DNA of 63,267 nt, the filler included, from Octopus bimaculoides (lineage: Eukaryota): the NCBI RefSeq assembly GCF_001194135.2. It is 5 parts of 5 records of this genome, joined end to end, with 100 filler letters (N's around TTAATTAATTAA, not from the genome) between each part and the next. Parts side by side here need not be neighbours in the genome. Positions count along the whole stretch, not along the records: positions 1 to 28,898 come from NC_068992.1; 4 more parts are not named here. One strand, written 5' to 3'. The notes beneath the pieces were generated by a model, which was given only the letters and a program-made list of their open reading frames with translations, ran no database searches and was not told the origin of the DNA. This document shows, piece after piece, positions 1 through 12,351 of this stretch; position 1 is the first letter of the stretch, and each line of letters opens with the position of its first letter. The position numbers were made by a program, and so were the translations under genes.

Positions 1-33
1 TATATATATATATATATATATATATATGGAGGG

Positions 34-104
<71 letters not shown>
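1..104. repeat. (TA)n and (GATA)n microsatellites
   Basis: Direct reading. Confidence 0.98.
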
Positions 105-105
<1 letters not shown>

Positions 106-584
106 GCGAGTGGAAGCTGATTGCATCTATGGTGGAGCCAATTTACTTCTCAATGATAGAGTAGATTTTCGATGAACTATACAGAAAAATACAGGCATAT
201 TGAAATAATAAGAGAATGACTGCTTTCAATATACAATTAGATGGAGGAAAACTAATGAGTAGAGAATAGATACGCGATCAGTGTTGTATAGTGAGTGTAT
301 AGGAAACTTAATACGTGTGATTGTATGGATTATTTTAACGGTTAACGAACAAATGAAATCAGTCGTTGAATTTGGAATTTGGGATTGCACATGACTGTAT
401 TCATTAGTAAAATACAGTAATAGGGTGAGCTAATCTAGAAGGTATTATTACATTGTAAATGTTGAGTAATTTCAATTGTGTATATGGTACTGACATGACT
501 GTGCGGTTAGGAAGCTTGCTTCGCAGCCATGTCGTTTCCACAATAGACCCACTCACCGGCACTTTGCGAATCTGTTTTCAACTA

Positions 585-1197
585 CAGGGCGTCCACAAAG
601 TCTAGGTACATGGGGATTAATACACACTTTAAGAAATTTTTATTTCTCACATTTAATTGTTTATGTTATGATTTTATTTATTCCATGTACCCACATCGGG
701 ATTGTGTAGGCGCAATGGCCCAGTGGTTAGAGCAGCGGACTCGCAGTCATAGGATCGCGGTTTCGATTCCCAGACCGGGCGTTGTGAGTGTTTATTCAGC
801 GAAAACACCTAAAGCTTCACGAGCCCTCGGCAGGGGATGGTGGCGAACCCTACTGTACTCTTTCACCACAACTTTCTCTCACTCTTACTTCCTGTTTCTG
901 TTGTGCCTGTAATTCAAAGGGTCAGCCTTGTCACACTGTGTCACGCTGAATATCCCCGAGAGCTACGTTTAGGGTACACGTGTCTGTGGAGTGCTCAGCC
1001 ACTTGCACGTTAATTTCACGAGCAGGCTGTTCCGTTGATCGGATCAACTGGAACCCTCGACGTCGTAAGCGACGGAGTGCCAACACGAGTGCCACATGAG
1101 GATTAACACATACTAGAAGAAATTATTATTTCTTACATTTAATTGTTTATGTCATGATTTTAGTTACTCCATGTACCCAGATTTTGTGGACACCCTG
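585..1197. mobile_element. Tc1/mariner-type MITE interrupted by a SINE
   Basis: TIRs CAGGGCGTCCACAAAGTCTAGGTACATGG and CCATGTACCCAGATTTTGTGGACACCCTG; TA on the left, CA (mutated TA?) on the right. Confidence 0.7.
706..1084 (+). mobile_element. tRNA-derived SINE, head B + tail D
   Basis: A box TGGCCCAGTGG, B box GGTTTCGATTCC, tRNA-Arg-like head; the 3' part matches family D copies at 25143, 41517 and 46240. Confidence 0.9.
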
Positions 1198-1448
1198 CAT
1201 AACTCCGGATTGACAAATGATCTGTAAGCAAGTTTGGTAAACACGGAAAATGTGCGGAAACCCGTCGTATATGTGCGTGTCCTACAGCACCGCTAAAAAC
1301 CGGTCTCGTTTTGTTTACGTCCCCGTAACTTAGCATTTTTTTTAAAGAAAACGACAAAAGCAACAGACTTTAGAGAGTATTGCGATTGGTTTGTTTTACC
1401 ATACATTTATACATACTACATACATACGTACCTACCTACCTACCTACC

Positions 1449-1483
<35 letters not shown>

Positions 1484-1618
1484 TTAATCCACAATCGTTA
1501 ATCTAATGAAATATTGTTTTCCCTATCAGGTTTATCTTTAAGTTCTTTATTTCATTTCTTTATTAACATTTCTTCTATTGAGTTTGTCAGCCCTTAGAAT
1601 CTCTCTTTCTCTCACTCT

Positions 1619-1666
<48 letters not shown>

Positions 1667-2582
1667 CTCTTTCCCTTTCTGTACACTTATATATTTAACC
1701 ATACAGTAAAAATTTTAAAATAATAAACACTTTAAACTAACTTGAAAAGAAATTTAAAAAGATGTCTGCAATATTTCTTATTATAAAAAATATTTCAAAC
1801 ACAATATTACACTTATTTATTTTTTCATTCGTTATATCTAAATTAACTTAACACTGAAACTTGTAAATACAATACAATTTTATATCTTTATTAAAGGTTA
1901 TGTATCATTCAGCTAAAGTTAGTATGAAGTATCTCGAGTTAAAGTTTAAAATAGAAATATTTAGACCAGGAGCTATAAGTGTAAGGAATCTATATTTAAG
2001 TTTTCTTTTCTCATTACTTAATATACAAAGAAGTAACAAAAATACAATAAAAGAGAAAGACTTATCTATTCAAAATATAGCATTTTTTAGACATTATTCG
2101 GTAGTTAAAACAATTATCAATATCTATAATCTTATGATAAAAGGAAATATATTTAAATAAATATACGTTAAAGTAACTTTAAAATCAATAGATGAAATGT
2201 GATTATAATTTACTGTTAAGTCTAAAATTATTTCGATTAAAATATAATTAACTTAGAATCAATTAAGTCGTACATTTACATCTGTATGTGTGTGTGTGTT
2301 AGTGTTTGTCCGCCACTATCGCTTGATAGCCGGTATTGGTTTGTTTACTGCCCCTAAATTTAGCGCTTCGGCTAAAGACACCTGTAGAATTAGAATAAAT
2401 ATCAGGCTTGAATGCAATAAAAGCCATAAATGCCGGAGTCGATATGTTCGATTAAGCCTGTGTTTATCAACGATTTTTAATAGATAGACTTCCTTTGATT
2501 CCTGTTTTAAGTGAATGGACCTTCCTGACCAGTCGATATTTAAAAAAAATTCATATTATATTTTATTATTAAATCAAATAAA

Positions 2583-3022
2583 ATATTCTTTTCTACTCTA
2601 GGCACAGGGCCAGAAATTTTGAGGGAGGGGACCAGTCGATTTGATCGACCCTAGTACGCAACTGGAACTTAATTTATCAACCCCGAAATGATGAAAGGCA
2701 AAGTTGACCTCGGTGGAATTTGAACTCAAAACGTAACGGCAGACGAAATACTGCTAAGCATTTCGCCCGGCGTGCTAACGTTTCTGCCAGCTTGCCACCT
2801 TTCGTTGTTCGGAATATTCTTTTCTACTCTAAGCACAAGGCCTAAAATTTTGGGAGAGAGGGCCAGTCGATTTGATCGACCCCAGTACTTAATTTATCGA
2901 CCCCGAAAAGTTGAAAGGTAAAGTCGACCTCGGTGGAATTTGAACTCTAAACGTAAAGACAGACGAAATACCACTAAGCATTTCGCCCGGCGTGCTAAAG
3001 ATTCTACCAGTTCACTGCCTTA
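2583..3022 (-). mobile_element. Two tandem SINE family F copies
   Basis: Both match the F consensus (GGCGAGCTGGCAGAA...GAGTTCAAATTCCGCCGAGGTCGACTTTGCCTTTCATCC...); junction about 2803-2814. A further head fragment lies on + at about 3056-3112. Confidence 0.9.
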
Positions 3023-3635
3023 AATTACAACAAATCGCATTAAGAATAGTGTTGGAAGGCGGCGTGCTAGCAGAATCATTAACGCGCTGGACGAAATGCT
3101 TGGCGGTATACAAAACAGGATCCGATTCGTGGATTCGAAACAGTTTCTCATAAGTTGTTTCTAAAAGGAAATTGTGATGTGTAGAATACAATTATTATTA
3201 GTAGAGGTAAATTTTTAAATAGATTATAAACACCTTCCACGCTGCAATTGGTTTCTTTTTCTTAATAATATTAGAATTTCAGATGACATACAGCAAATGC
3301 TGTCAGGGAAATTCTCTCTGAGAGAAATATGTGAACAGGAATTTGATGTTAATAGATGTATATGACTCGAGAGAAATAATGCTTGCAGGATATAAGTTAT
3401 GAAATATGACTTAATAATTACGTTGAGTTGGAATCCTGCCAACATGAAAAGTAGAAGTCCCTAAGAGGTTGGATTTAATAAGAATTGACTGTTCAACCGA
3501 AATATTTTTTGGTTTGGTTGCCAAGAATATTTGATCGACTTCAGGGTATTTTCTGGGTGCTAAATCTTAAAATGGTATTAGGCAGTTTTTGACATCTTGT
3601 ATACTCCCCAAAAGGTTATTTTTATACTAATAAAA

Positions 3636-4034
3636 CGAATACTTGCTGACAAACGTAGACCGAATATTTGCTGACAAACGTAGACCGAATACTTGCTAAC
3701 AAACGTAGACCGAATACTTGCTGACAAACGTAGACCGAATGCTTGCTAACAAACGTAGACCGAATACTTGCTGACAAACGTAGACCGAATACTTGCTGCT
3801 AAACATAGACCGAATACTTGCTAACAAACATAGACCGAAAACTTGCTGACAAACGTAGACCGGATACTTACTAACAAACGTAGACCGAATATTTGCTGAC
3901 AAACGTAGACCGAATACTTGCTAACAAACGTAGACCGAACACTTGCTGACAAATGTAGACTGAATATATGCTAACAAACGTAGACCGAATACATGCTGAC
4001 AAACGTAGACCGAATACTTGCTGACAAATGTAGA
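3636..4034. repeat. 25-bp minisatellite, 16 units (CGAATACTTGCTRACAAACGTAGAC)
   Basis: Units counted directly in register every 25 nt; no spacers. Confidence 0.95.
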
Positions 4035-4076
4035 AGTTTATCATTTTGCCCGTCGGCATTGTTTTTACCAGTCTAG

Positions 4077-4128
<52 letters not shown>

Positions 4129-4354
4129 CCTCTTATGCCTTGTATCAGATTGATATAAGTTCGCAACAAATCTGATTAAACAATTGTAATACTTTTTATT
4201 TGTAATAAATGTAAAGACAAAGAAAAACGTCACTGACTTTGTGCAAATAATCTTTTGCTTCTTGTTGACGAAGACAAAATCTTGCGCTATTCAAAACGTG
4301 TGTAGAGTACCTACAACAATCGAAAAAGGAAGAAAATAGTGGTTTGAACTTCAT

Positions 4355-4730
4355 GGCGGGGGCATGGCTGTGTGGTTATACATCTTACTTTACAACTACA
4401 TAATTTTCAGTACATTCCCACTCTGCTGTACTTTGAGTAAGTGCCTTCTACTATAGATCTGGGCCGACATTGTGAGTAAATTTATTAGACAGAAACTGTG
4501 CGTAAGCCCGTCATATATATCTGTGTATTCTTCACCACTACTTGACAAACAGTTACGATTTATTTATGTCCTCTAAATTAATAGTTCCGGCAAAAGCGAA
4601 CGACGACAAAATAAGCGTCAATTTTAAAAAATAAGTAAATGAGCGGTTTGTTCTGCTAAACCCTTCCATAGGGATGCTCCAGCATGGCTGCAATCCAATA
4701 ACTGAAACAAGTAACAGAAAATAAGATAGA
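4355..4730 (+). mobile_element. SINE family A-C (degraded)
   Basis: GGCTGTGTGGT head, GCAAGTGTCTTCTACTATAG-like core, short TA tract, then the 3' module ending CCAGCATGGCTGCA...GAAACAAGTAA. Confidence 0.75.
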
Positions 4731-5559
4731 ATATATGATGTGAAAGCCCTCCACAAACACACACACACACACATAGTGTCAAAAATTGCAGTTATATTTT
4801 CACGTTATGAATATGAAATTGTTCATTGCAACACAGAATACACGTGGAAGCCTTCTGATTTAGAATCTGCAAAACGACCTTGTCCACAGTAAATATGTCC
4901 ACATACCAGTGTTAATGTTACTTCGTGACACTGCTATCATCTAGCTTTGATGAACAACAGGGCTTCGAATTGTTGCACAGATGATAACGGGAGAGATAAT
5001 TATGAAGGAAGCACTGAAACACGTGAGGAGCTTTCCAAAAAGAAGCTCAAAGGGTTGATGCTCGACTTCAATCTGTCAATGTAAACGCGTGGATATATAG
5101 TATTTAGCCTAAAACTACTCTCAAACCAGAATTGAAAATAACGGTATATTAGACAGAGAAGTAGAACAACTTCCCGATATACAGAATTTTCATGCTGCAA
5201 CGATCCAAATAGAAATCCTGAATGATACTCCACAAGATTGGCAGGTATTTTACAGATAAAACCACAAGATGATTCAAATATGCTTTGTTGCACAATCGTG
5301 GCCGTTATTTATCTCTTCCGATTGATAACTAAAAGCATGAAGAGTGTGAAAAGAGTGATAGCCCCTTTGGAAATAACATTATTACAAAATATTTATAGCG
5401 TAATGGTTCATGTAATAAAATTCATGGATATATATTCAGAACTACCTACAATTCTACACACACACACACACATACAAGCACATATGTATTTATTTATTTA
5501 TTTATGTGTTTCAGCCAAGTGGCTGCGGTCATGCTGGTGCACCACCGTGAATGTAATGT

Positions 5560-5630
5560 TGCATCGGCCGGGAATCGAACTCGGGCCGCCCGGGTGGCAG
5601 GCGAGCATTCTACCACTGAACCACCGTGTA
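5560..5630 (-). pseudogene. tRNA-Gly(GCC) pseudogene
   Basis: Reverse complement TACACGGTGGTTCAGTGGTAGAATGCTCGCCTGCCACCCGGGCGGCCCGAGTTCGATTCCCGGCCGATGCA matches animal tRNA-Gly-GCC as I recall it. The first 4 nt differ (acceptor stem broken), there is a C-C mismatch in the anticodon stem, and no oligo-T terminator follows. Confidence 0.8.
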
Positions 5631-5687
5631 TATATGTGGGCATATATATACATATACATTTATATATACATATACATTTATATATAC

Positions 5688-5729
<42 letters not shown>

Positions 5730-5777
5730 TAAATACATATATAAATACATATACAAATACTTATATATATACATATT

Positions 5778-5992
5778 AGGTCAGCGAACTGGCAGAAGCG
5801 TTAGCACGCCGGGCGAAATGCTTGACGGTATTTTGTCTGCCGTTACGTTCTGAGTTCAAATTCCGCTGAGGTCAACTTTGCCTTTCATCCTTTCGGGGTC
5901 GATAAATTAAGTACCAGTTATGCACTGGGGTCGATGTAATCGACTCAATTCCTATGTCTGTCCTTGTTTGTACCCTCTACGTTTAGCCCCTT
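5778..5992 (+). mobile_element. SINE family F
   Basis: Matches the F consensus; tail type GTCTGTCCTTGTTTG...TTTAGCCCCTT. Confidence 0.9.
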
Positions 5993-5993
5993 A

Positions 5994-6533
5994 TTTTACA
6001 ACATGATTGATATAAGTGCAGTGAATGTTTTCATTATTGCTAAACTGCTTCACTTGCAAAGTTTCAAGGATAAAGAAGACAGTGCCTAATTCAGTTAGGA
6101 ACGGAACTTGCTGGAGCTAATGCTAAACAAGAACATGACAAACAATCTTCTACTTCCACTAACATTTCTCAATCAAGCAAGAAAAGAAGACGATCTTCAA
6201 CCTCATTTGAGATTCCTCAACCAAAGAAAAAAGATGTTCTTTGTGTGGCCCCAAAAAAAGACAGAAAAAGTCGTATGCCAAGAACATTCCAATGTTGTCT
6301 GCATTTACTGCCTTGAAGAGCTGAAATTCTGCATTTTTTTAATTATTTAAATTTATAATATATTCTGTAAGATGTATTTCTGAGACACAATAATTCTTCA
6401 TTCACGTGATAGCATATATAATGTTGCTAAGAAATAGTGGTAGTTTGAATAAAATTTAATTAAAAGAAAAATATTGGGTCCATTGGACCCAGTTGGTAAT
6501 CAGTGACATTTTCTCTGGTAGATCAAAGGTTAA
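5994..6533 (+). mobile_element. piggyBac-like transposon 3' end (frameshifted transposase C-terminus and right terminus)
   Basis: Fragments FYNMIDISAVNVFII, RRQCLIQLGTELAG, KRCSLCGPKK and VCQEHSNVVCIYC resemble the piggyBac C-terminus and cysteine-rich domain. Subterminal GGGTCCATTGGACCC palindrome; ends AAAGG followed by TTAA (6530-6533). Confidence 0.72.
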
Positions 6534-9055
6534 AAGAGCAGTTTTATAAAGGATATGCATAGGACTTAATGATAAAAAGGTAATGAATCTGAAATAATTA
6601 CGGGATATTAAAAAAATTGTTAAAACAATGTAGGTAGGGAAATAGAAACAAATAGAGAAGAGTTACTAATTGCGATAAGAAGCTACACAAGAGACCTTTC
6701 ACTAGGCTTGAAATAATAAAATTACAGAGTTGTTTCCAATGAATAATTTAAGATAATATGTGGTTATACAACTAAATATATAATTAAGTTATTCTTCGTT
6801 GTTATTTGAGGGGGGAAATAATCTATAATGGCATAAAATTAAGAGAGTTAAATATAAAGATACATGATTTAATAGTATTTGTCGGTAGGTGTTTGACTAA
6901 TTAAATAAATAGTATAATAATGAGAAAAAGAAATTGAATTTTGCTTTTAACCATTATGTTAACTGAGTAAATGATAGAAATATGCGAAGAGTAAAGCTTT
7001 TTGTTTATCAAGTATTATTGCAAAGTAGAAAAGGTATATTTAAAAAGCAATTGCTTTGTTATTGATACATTATTAGTTCGATAGCAATACATTTTAAACT
7101 GAAAGATTTTATTTAAATAGATGGGTTGAGTAACTAATAATTTGATTTTGGGGTAAAACCCGACATAAAAAGCCACCTCAGAATCATAAGGAATTCTATT
7201 TTCCTTATCTCTAAATGCATAATCGACATTCACAATTAATCTCCTCTTGTATACACACGATGAATACAATTAATATGTTAGAATACAAAAGTTATTAATA
7301 TTCTGTTGATATATCTGAAGAAAACGTAGCTGTAGGTATCCGCAGTACAATTACCTATTTGGTAATAAACTAGATTTTAAATATTTTGTTATTTCTATGA
7401 AACTGTTTCTGAATGTAGATCAAATAACTAAAAGCTATGGGATAGAAGTTCATATGTTTCTAAAGTACAAGGTTTACATAATTTTTTCTTTGTTTTTTTT
7501 TTGCTGGCAGCGGTTTTTGCAACAAAATGAATATGTTGATTCTTGAGTGCCAAATGTAACTCGAAAACTATGCATCAACTTTTCAGTTTGACTTTCTAAC
7601 GTGCATATTTGTGAACTAATAAAATCTGTTTTAAGAATCAGCGTTTATATCTACATGTCAACTAGAGGTTGATTTTGTTGCACTGACTGTGCGAAAATAG
7701 ATAAGTTCTAAGAATTTCCAAGAAATGGGCATGTAATGTTTGTACCATTACAATTCAGAGAATTTTAACTTTGTAAAGGTTATAATTACATAGAATGTCT
7801 ATATTATTGTATATTAATAAATGATAGATTTCACAATTTCTTTTCTTTTATTCATTTATATTATTTGTGATTTGGAGAGAAATCATTCTGTGGGGTTGAC
7901 AGAAATGTTTAGCTATTGGTGTTAAACATGTAAACTAAATGATGGAATTTTCTAATCTAAATTGGCTTTGTTCTAAGTTTGGTGCGTATTCCTAGTGTAA
8001 TTAAGTTATAGTTTAGGTTTTCTCTGTACCCCACTTCTGCTATGTGCTTTGATCTAATTGCTAAAAACAATATTAGAAATATGCAATAAAGAAACTAATC
8101 TTAACGAACATTTTTAACAAATATTTGGTAAGAAGGTGAGTTATAATACTGAAGCTTCTCCTTTTTGTTTTTTAAATGTTGAAGTGAATTTTTGGTAATT
8201 CACCAGTAATTTTAAGATTAAAATTACGTAATTATTAACAAACCGTTCTCTCTATATAAATCTCCAGAAAAACTGGGGATTTTTTCCTGTGTTGCATTTA
8301 AAACGTGCAAACCGACATTACAAACCTCGGCTTTCCCCTTGAATGCCGTAATGATGTCGATAGGTCGATTTGCCTCTAAACTCTGTATAGAATTGTTGCA
8401 GCGGAGAATAAATTTTCGGGTATGTTATATGATGCCAATGTCCTTATTATTGTGATATAAATAATATATTTTATATGAGTGAGAGTAGCTTTAAAAATAT
8501 ATACAATTATTGTGGCACAAATTCAGAAATTGTGAAGGAGAGAACAGTCGATTAAGATCGATCTCTGTGTTTGCCTGGAAATAAAATTTCCTTGCACTGG
8601 CAGCTTTAAAAGCAAAATTGATTTCAGAACAAAAAGGGTTGAAATTAAATATTCTCGGTGCTCTGACAGTTCTGTCATCATAATCTTATATTTCGTTGGT
8701 TTCTTTTCTTGTCTATTAAATACAAAAGATATATACCATCTGCCAGTGTCTTTCTGCAGCAGCTGTGATATACACTATCATATCTCATTAGTTTTATTGC
8801 AATCATCAAATAATGCTGATTGTTTTGATATCGAGGTTGTTGTCGTCATTGATATTGCTTTAATAAAGCAATCGGGGAATAATGGTGAGTGAAAGTTTTT
8901 CCTCCCTTTCTCTTCCATTTTCATTTATTAATGTTACATTTTAAGACTTAACAAAGAGATACAATGTCAAAGGAATCTAATTCCATCAAATAATATATCA
9001 ATAGGATTATGGAATGTAGCATTTCACTGCCAAGCATTAAAACATTGCATCCAAC

Positions 9056-9071
9056 ACAGACACACACAGAC

Positions 9072-9129
<58 letters not shown>

Positions 9130-9344
9130 CACACACAGAGAAACGCCACCTGCACAGTCACGTACACAGTACACACATACGCACTCTCATCTTCTAACTG
9201 CATCAAATACACATTCTGGTTTGGCCCTACATGTGGTCTTTTCATTGGTAAGTGATTGTCTGCAGGGAAACAGCAAATGTCATTATGAGAATGAAGCGCA
9301 AGTGTGTCCAAAGACCCGGTTTCTGCTGTGTTAAATTCTGAATA

Positions 9345-9418
<74 letters not shown>
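9056..9418. repeat. (CA)n and compound (CA)(TA)(TG) microsatellites
   Basis: Direct reading; unique sequence at about 9140-9340 lies between them. Confidence 0.95.
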
Positions 9419-9421
<3 letters not shown>

Positions 9422-10926
9422 GATGCTTCTGCTTATATGATAATAGACATCTAATTAATGAGATATCTGCACATCACATCATTGCATTATAGTGACATAT
9501 TTCCAACCGCAAGTATGCTTCCATGTATCCATACTTAAATATCCAACATGATCTAACTGGAATGGCTTTCAATCGTAAATTGTCTATGTATCATAAAACT
9601 TATGTATTTTATTATCAATATATTACTATTAATATTTATTTTAATATTAATATTAGTCTTTACTCTTGATATTTGTGTTCATATAAAGCACGCGTTGTCC
9701 CCGAACTGATATTATTTCAGGGGAGATAATCACTTTTTCATAATGATTGGCAGGATTGAATACTAAATTGAGGGATCGCTCAATAATCTTTTCCTGCACT
9801 ACCATCTTTATCAGCCTTTGCAAGGAAAATATCGAGCATTTCTACGAAGTACAGGATTACGGCCGTCATCTTAGCGTGGCTTAGCATATTAAGCATTATA
9901 TGTATGTATGCATCTATGTATGTATGTATGTATNNNNNNNNNNNNNNNNNNNNNNNNNNNNNNNNNNNNNNNNNNNNNNNNNNNNNNNNNNNNNNNNNNN
10001 NNNNNNNNNNNNNNNATATATATATATATATATATACACAGTAGTACCTCGGTTTTCGAACGACTCTGATCACGAATAAATTGTGCTTTATATATATATA
10101 TTGTGTCGTGTGAGTCGTGTGAGTCAACCAGTTTCATAGTTGTTGTTGCTTGTTGCCTGTCATTGCTGTTGATGATGACGATGTTTAGCGCCATATTCCC
10201 CTCTAAACGAGGAAACCTACAATCAAAGAATTCTTGCAGAGATGATGTTTCCTTTATGAAGAACTAAAACTAAAAAGTTCTAGTATCTGTAACTCCTTCA
10301 ATCAATGTAGACTTCCTTTAGGAAAAGAACGGTCAGCTGTGGTTTGAAAGAAATTTAGCTGCTATTTTTACATTGTCGACGATCTTTAGTGAGCTTACGC
10401 TTTTCGTTTTGATTAATAAGGGATGAGTAATGGAAAACTCTTGAACGCTTAAGCAATCCTTTACTCGAAGGCCTTGATATATCACCAACATCGTAGGTGT
10501 TGTCCGCTTAATCACACTGCCATGAATTTATATAAGAAGGAAAATTTTGATTCGCAGACGTTTATGTATTTCTTGTGCCAAGTATCTACATTAAGGAAAT
10601 GAAATTATTTCAGCCATGAACCGAAATCTGTTTAGAACAGTATGCTAAGTTATATTGTGCTGAACATCTTCAAAGTAAAGTATTATATTTACTTTATCGC
10701 AACAAAATGGCCACCTGGCTACATCAAAGCTCGCCCTTTTCTTTACATCACTACATTTCTTGATTCGAATTTAAAATTCTTGGTGCCCTTTGAGCGTCAT
10801 CATATTTCATTTGTTTCTTTCATTTTACTTATGAGATGTCACCGTTGTTTTATTTGGTTGAGTTAATCATTGTTCAACAACGCTTACCTTTTCTCAACGC
10901 GGTTATAGTTTTGTTATACTAAAATA

Positions 10927-11260
10927 AGGCGCATGGCTCGGTGGTTAGAGAGTCGCACTCAATCCCGTGATAGTGATTTCGATTCTCCAACCAGGCTGTA
11001 TGTTGTGTTCTTCAGCAAGACACTTTATTTCACGTTGCTGCAGTTCACTCACCTGTAAAAATGAGTTGCGACGCCACTGATACCAAGCTGTATCAGCCTT
11101 TGCCTTCCCCTTGGATAACATCGGTGGCGGTGAGAAGTGAGGCTGGTATGCATGGGCGACTGCTGGTCTTCCATAAATAAATTTTTCCGAACTTATACCT
11201 CAGAGGGGAACTTTCTAGATGCAATCCTATAGCCATTCGTGATCAATGGGGATCTTTACT
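10927..11260 (+). mobile_element. SINE family E
   Basis: tRNA-like head, TTCAGCAAGACACTTTATTTCACGTTGC core, E tail (TTTGCCTTCCCCTTGGATAAC...); homologous to copies at 35544, 50681 and 58763. Confidence 0.88.
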
Positions 11261-12300
11261 CTTTTTAATAAAGTCGTACTTGCTGCATTAAGTGTATTAG
11301 TTTGATATTCGAAATTCTTAGAGGTGGTATTCTTGAATAATACCTGAGTTTATTTGATTAAACTAGTGATTGATGAACAGTTAACTCTCGAGAATTCACT
11401 ATTCAGCAATCATTATTCAGCAATCATTATTCAGCAATCAAATATACTCAGATAGTATCCTGCAAATTGGCAATGTCGTCAAAATAGCAATATCGAATGC
11501 CTTGTAATACTTCATGACGGTGTTCCAGCAGGACCGCAGTCCAATGATTGAAACAAGTAAAAATTAGAAGACAAAAAATGCTTACAGCTTGGAGAGCAAC
11601 GTTCGAGGTTACACACGATATATGGTGGCTGTGGAAGGGAATTTTAACTTAGATACTAGTAGCGCCAAGTTAGCTAGGTTCCATATTTCTTAAATGATGT
11701 ACAATAAATTAATTTATGAAAGAAATGAAGAAGCGAAAACAAACGCTAAAACCACAAGACATTTTACTTTCATCTTTGTACGAACGCCATCGAGGTCGAC
11801 TTTTAACTTCATTCATTTTAGATTGATGAAATCCTAGTGCAAGTGCACGAGCTATAGACTTACCCTGTTAGTTTGTTGCAGGTCAATTAAACAAAGATAA
11901 TTAATCTAATTTCGGAAACCTCATTCATTTCTCTAATATTTGCGAAGAACATATTTTAGTTTGTGCAATTAATCATGTTGCTACACAATATATATAAGAA
12001 ATGGAATTTTGATTTGGTTTTTGCTTCTCTTATTGCCACCAGCAACATTAAGAAAATTAAATTACTATAGCAACGAATCGAAACTGTGTCGCAAATTTAG
12101 TTTGTTTATCTCATGTTCGTTATAATCTTAGAATCTTAGATTGCCAGCACGAGAATTGCTTGTACAAGTGCATGCCTTATGTGTATGTCGGTGCTCCAAT
12201 GTGCGTATGCAAATGTATGCTTGTGTATGTATGGAGTGAAAGAAAGAGAGCAACGAAAAACAATAAAAGAAAAAGATTAAGGGATTGGAAAGAGCGATAG

Positions 12301-12351
<51 letters not shown>

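Noticed and set aside
706-782. SINE heads as functional tRNA genes (also 46558, 59645, 63193)
   Set aside because: No closed acceptor stem, and they continue directly into a shared multicopy body.
3636-4034. CRISPR array
   Set aside because: Repeats are contiguous with no unique spacers, there are no cas genes, and the context is eukaryotic.
7015-7269. 84-aa minus-strand ORF in unique AT-rich DNA
   Set aside because: No motif, no splice support; length is within chance expectation.
8581-8892. Stop-free frame of about 104 codons ending near a GTGAGT donor, plus a GTAAGT donor at about 9258
   Set aside because: No ATG, no recognisable domain and no matching acceptors; compatible with chance.
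10039-10090. CAGTAGTACCTCGG pogo/Tigger-like terminus
   Set aside because: Only about 50 bp with no matching second end; too little to annotate.
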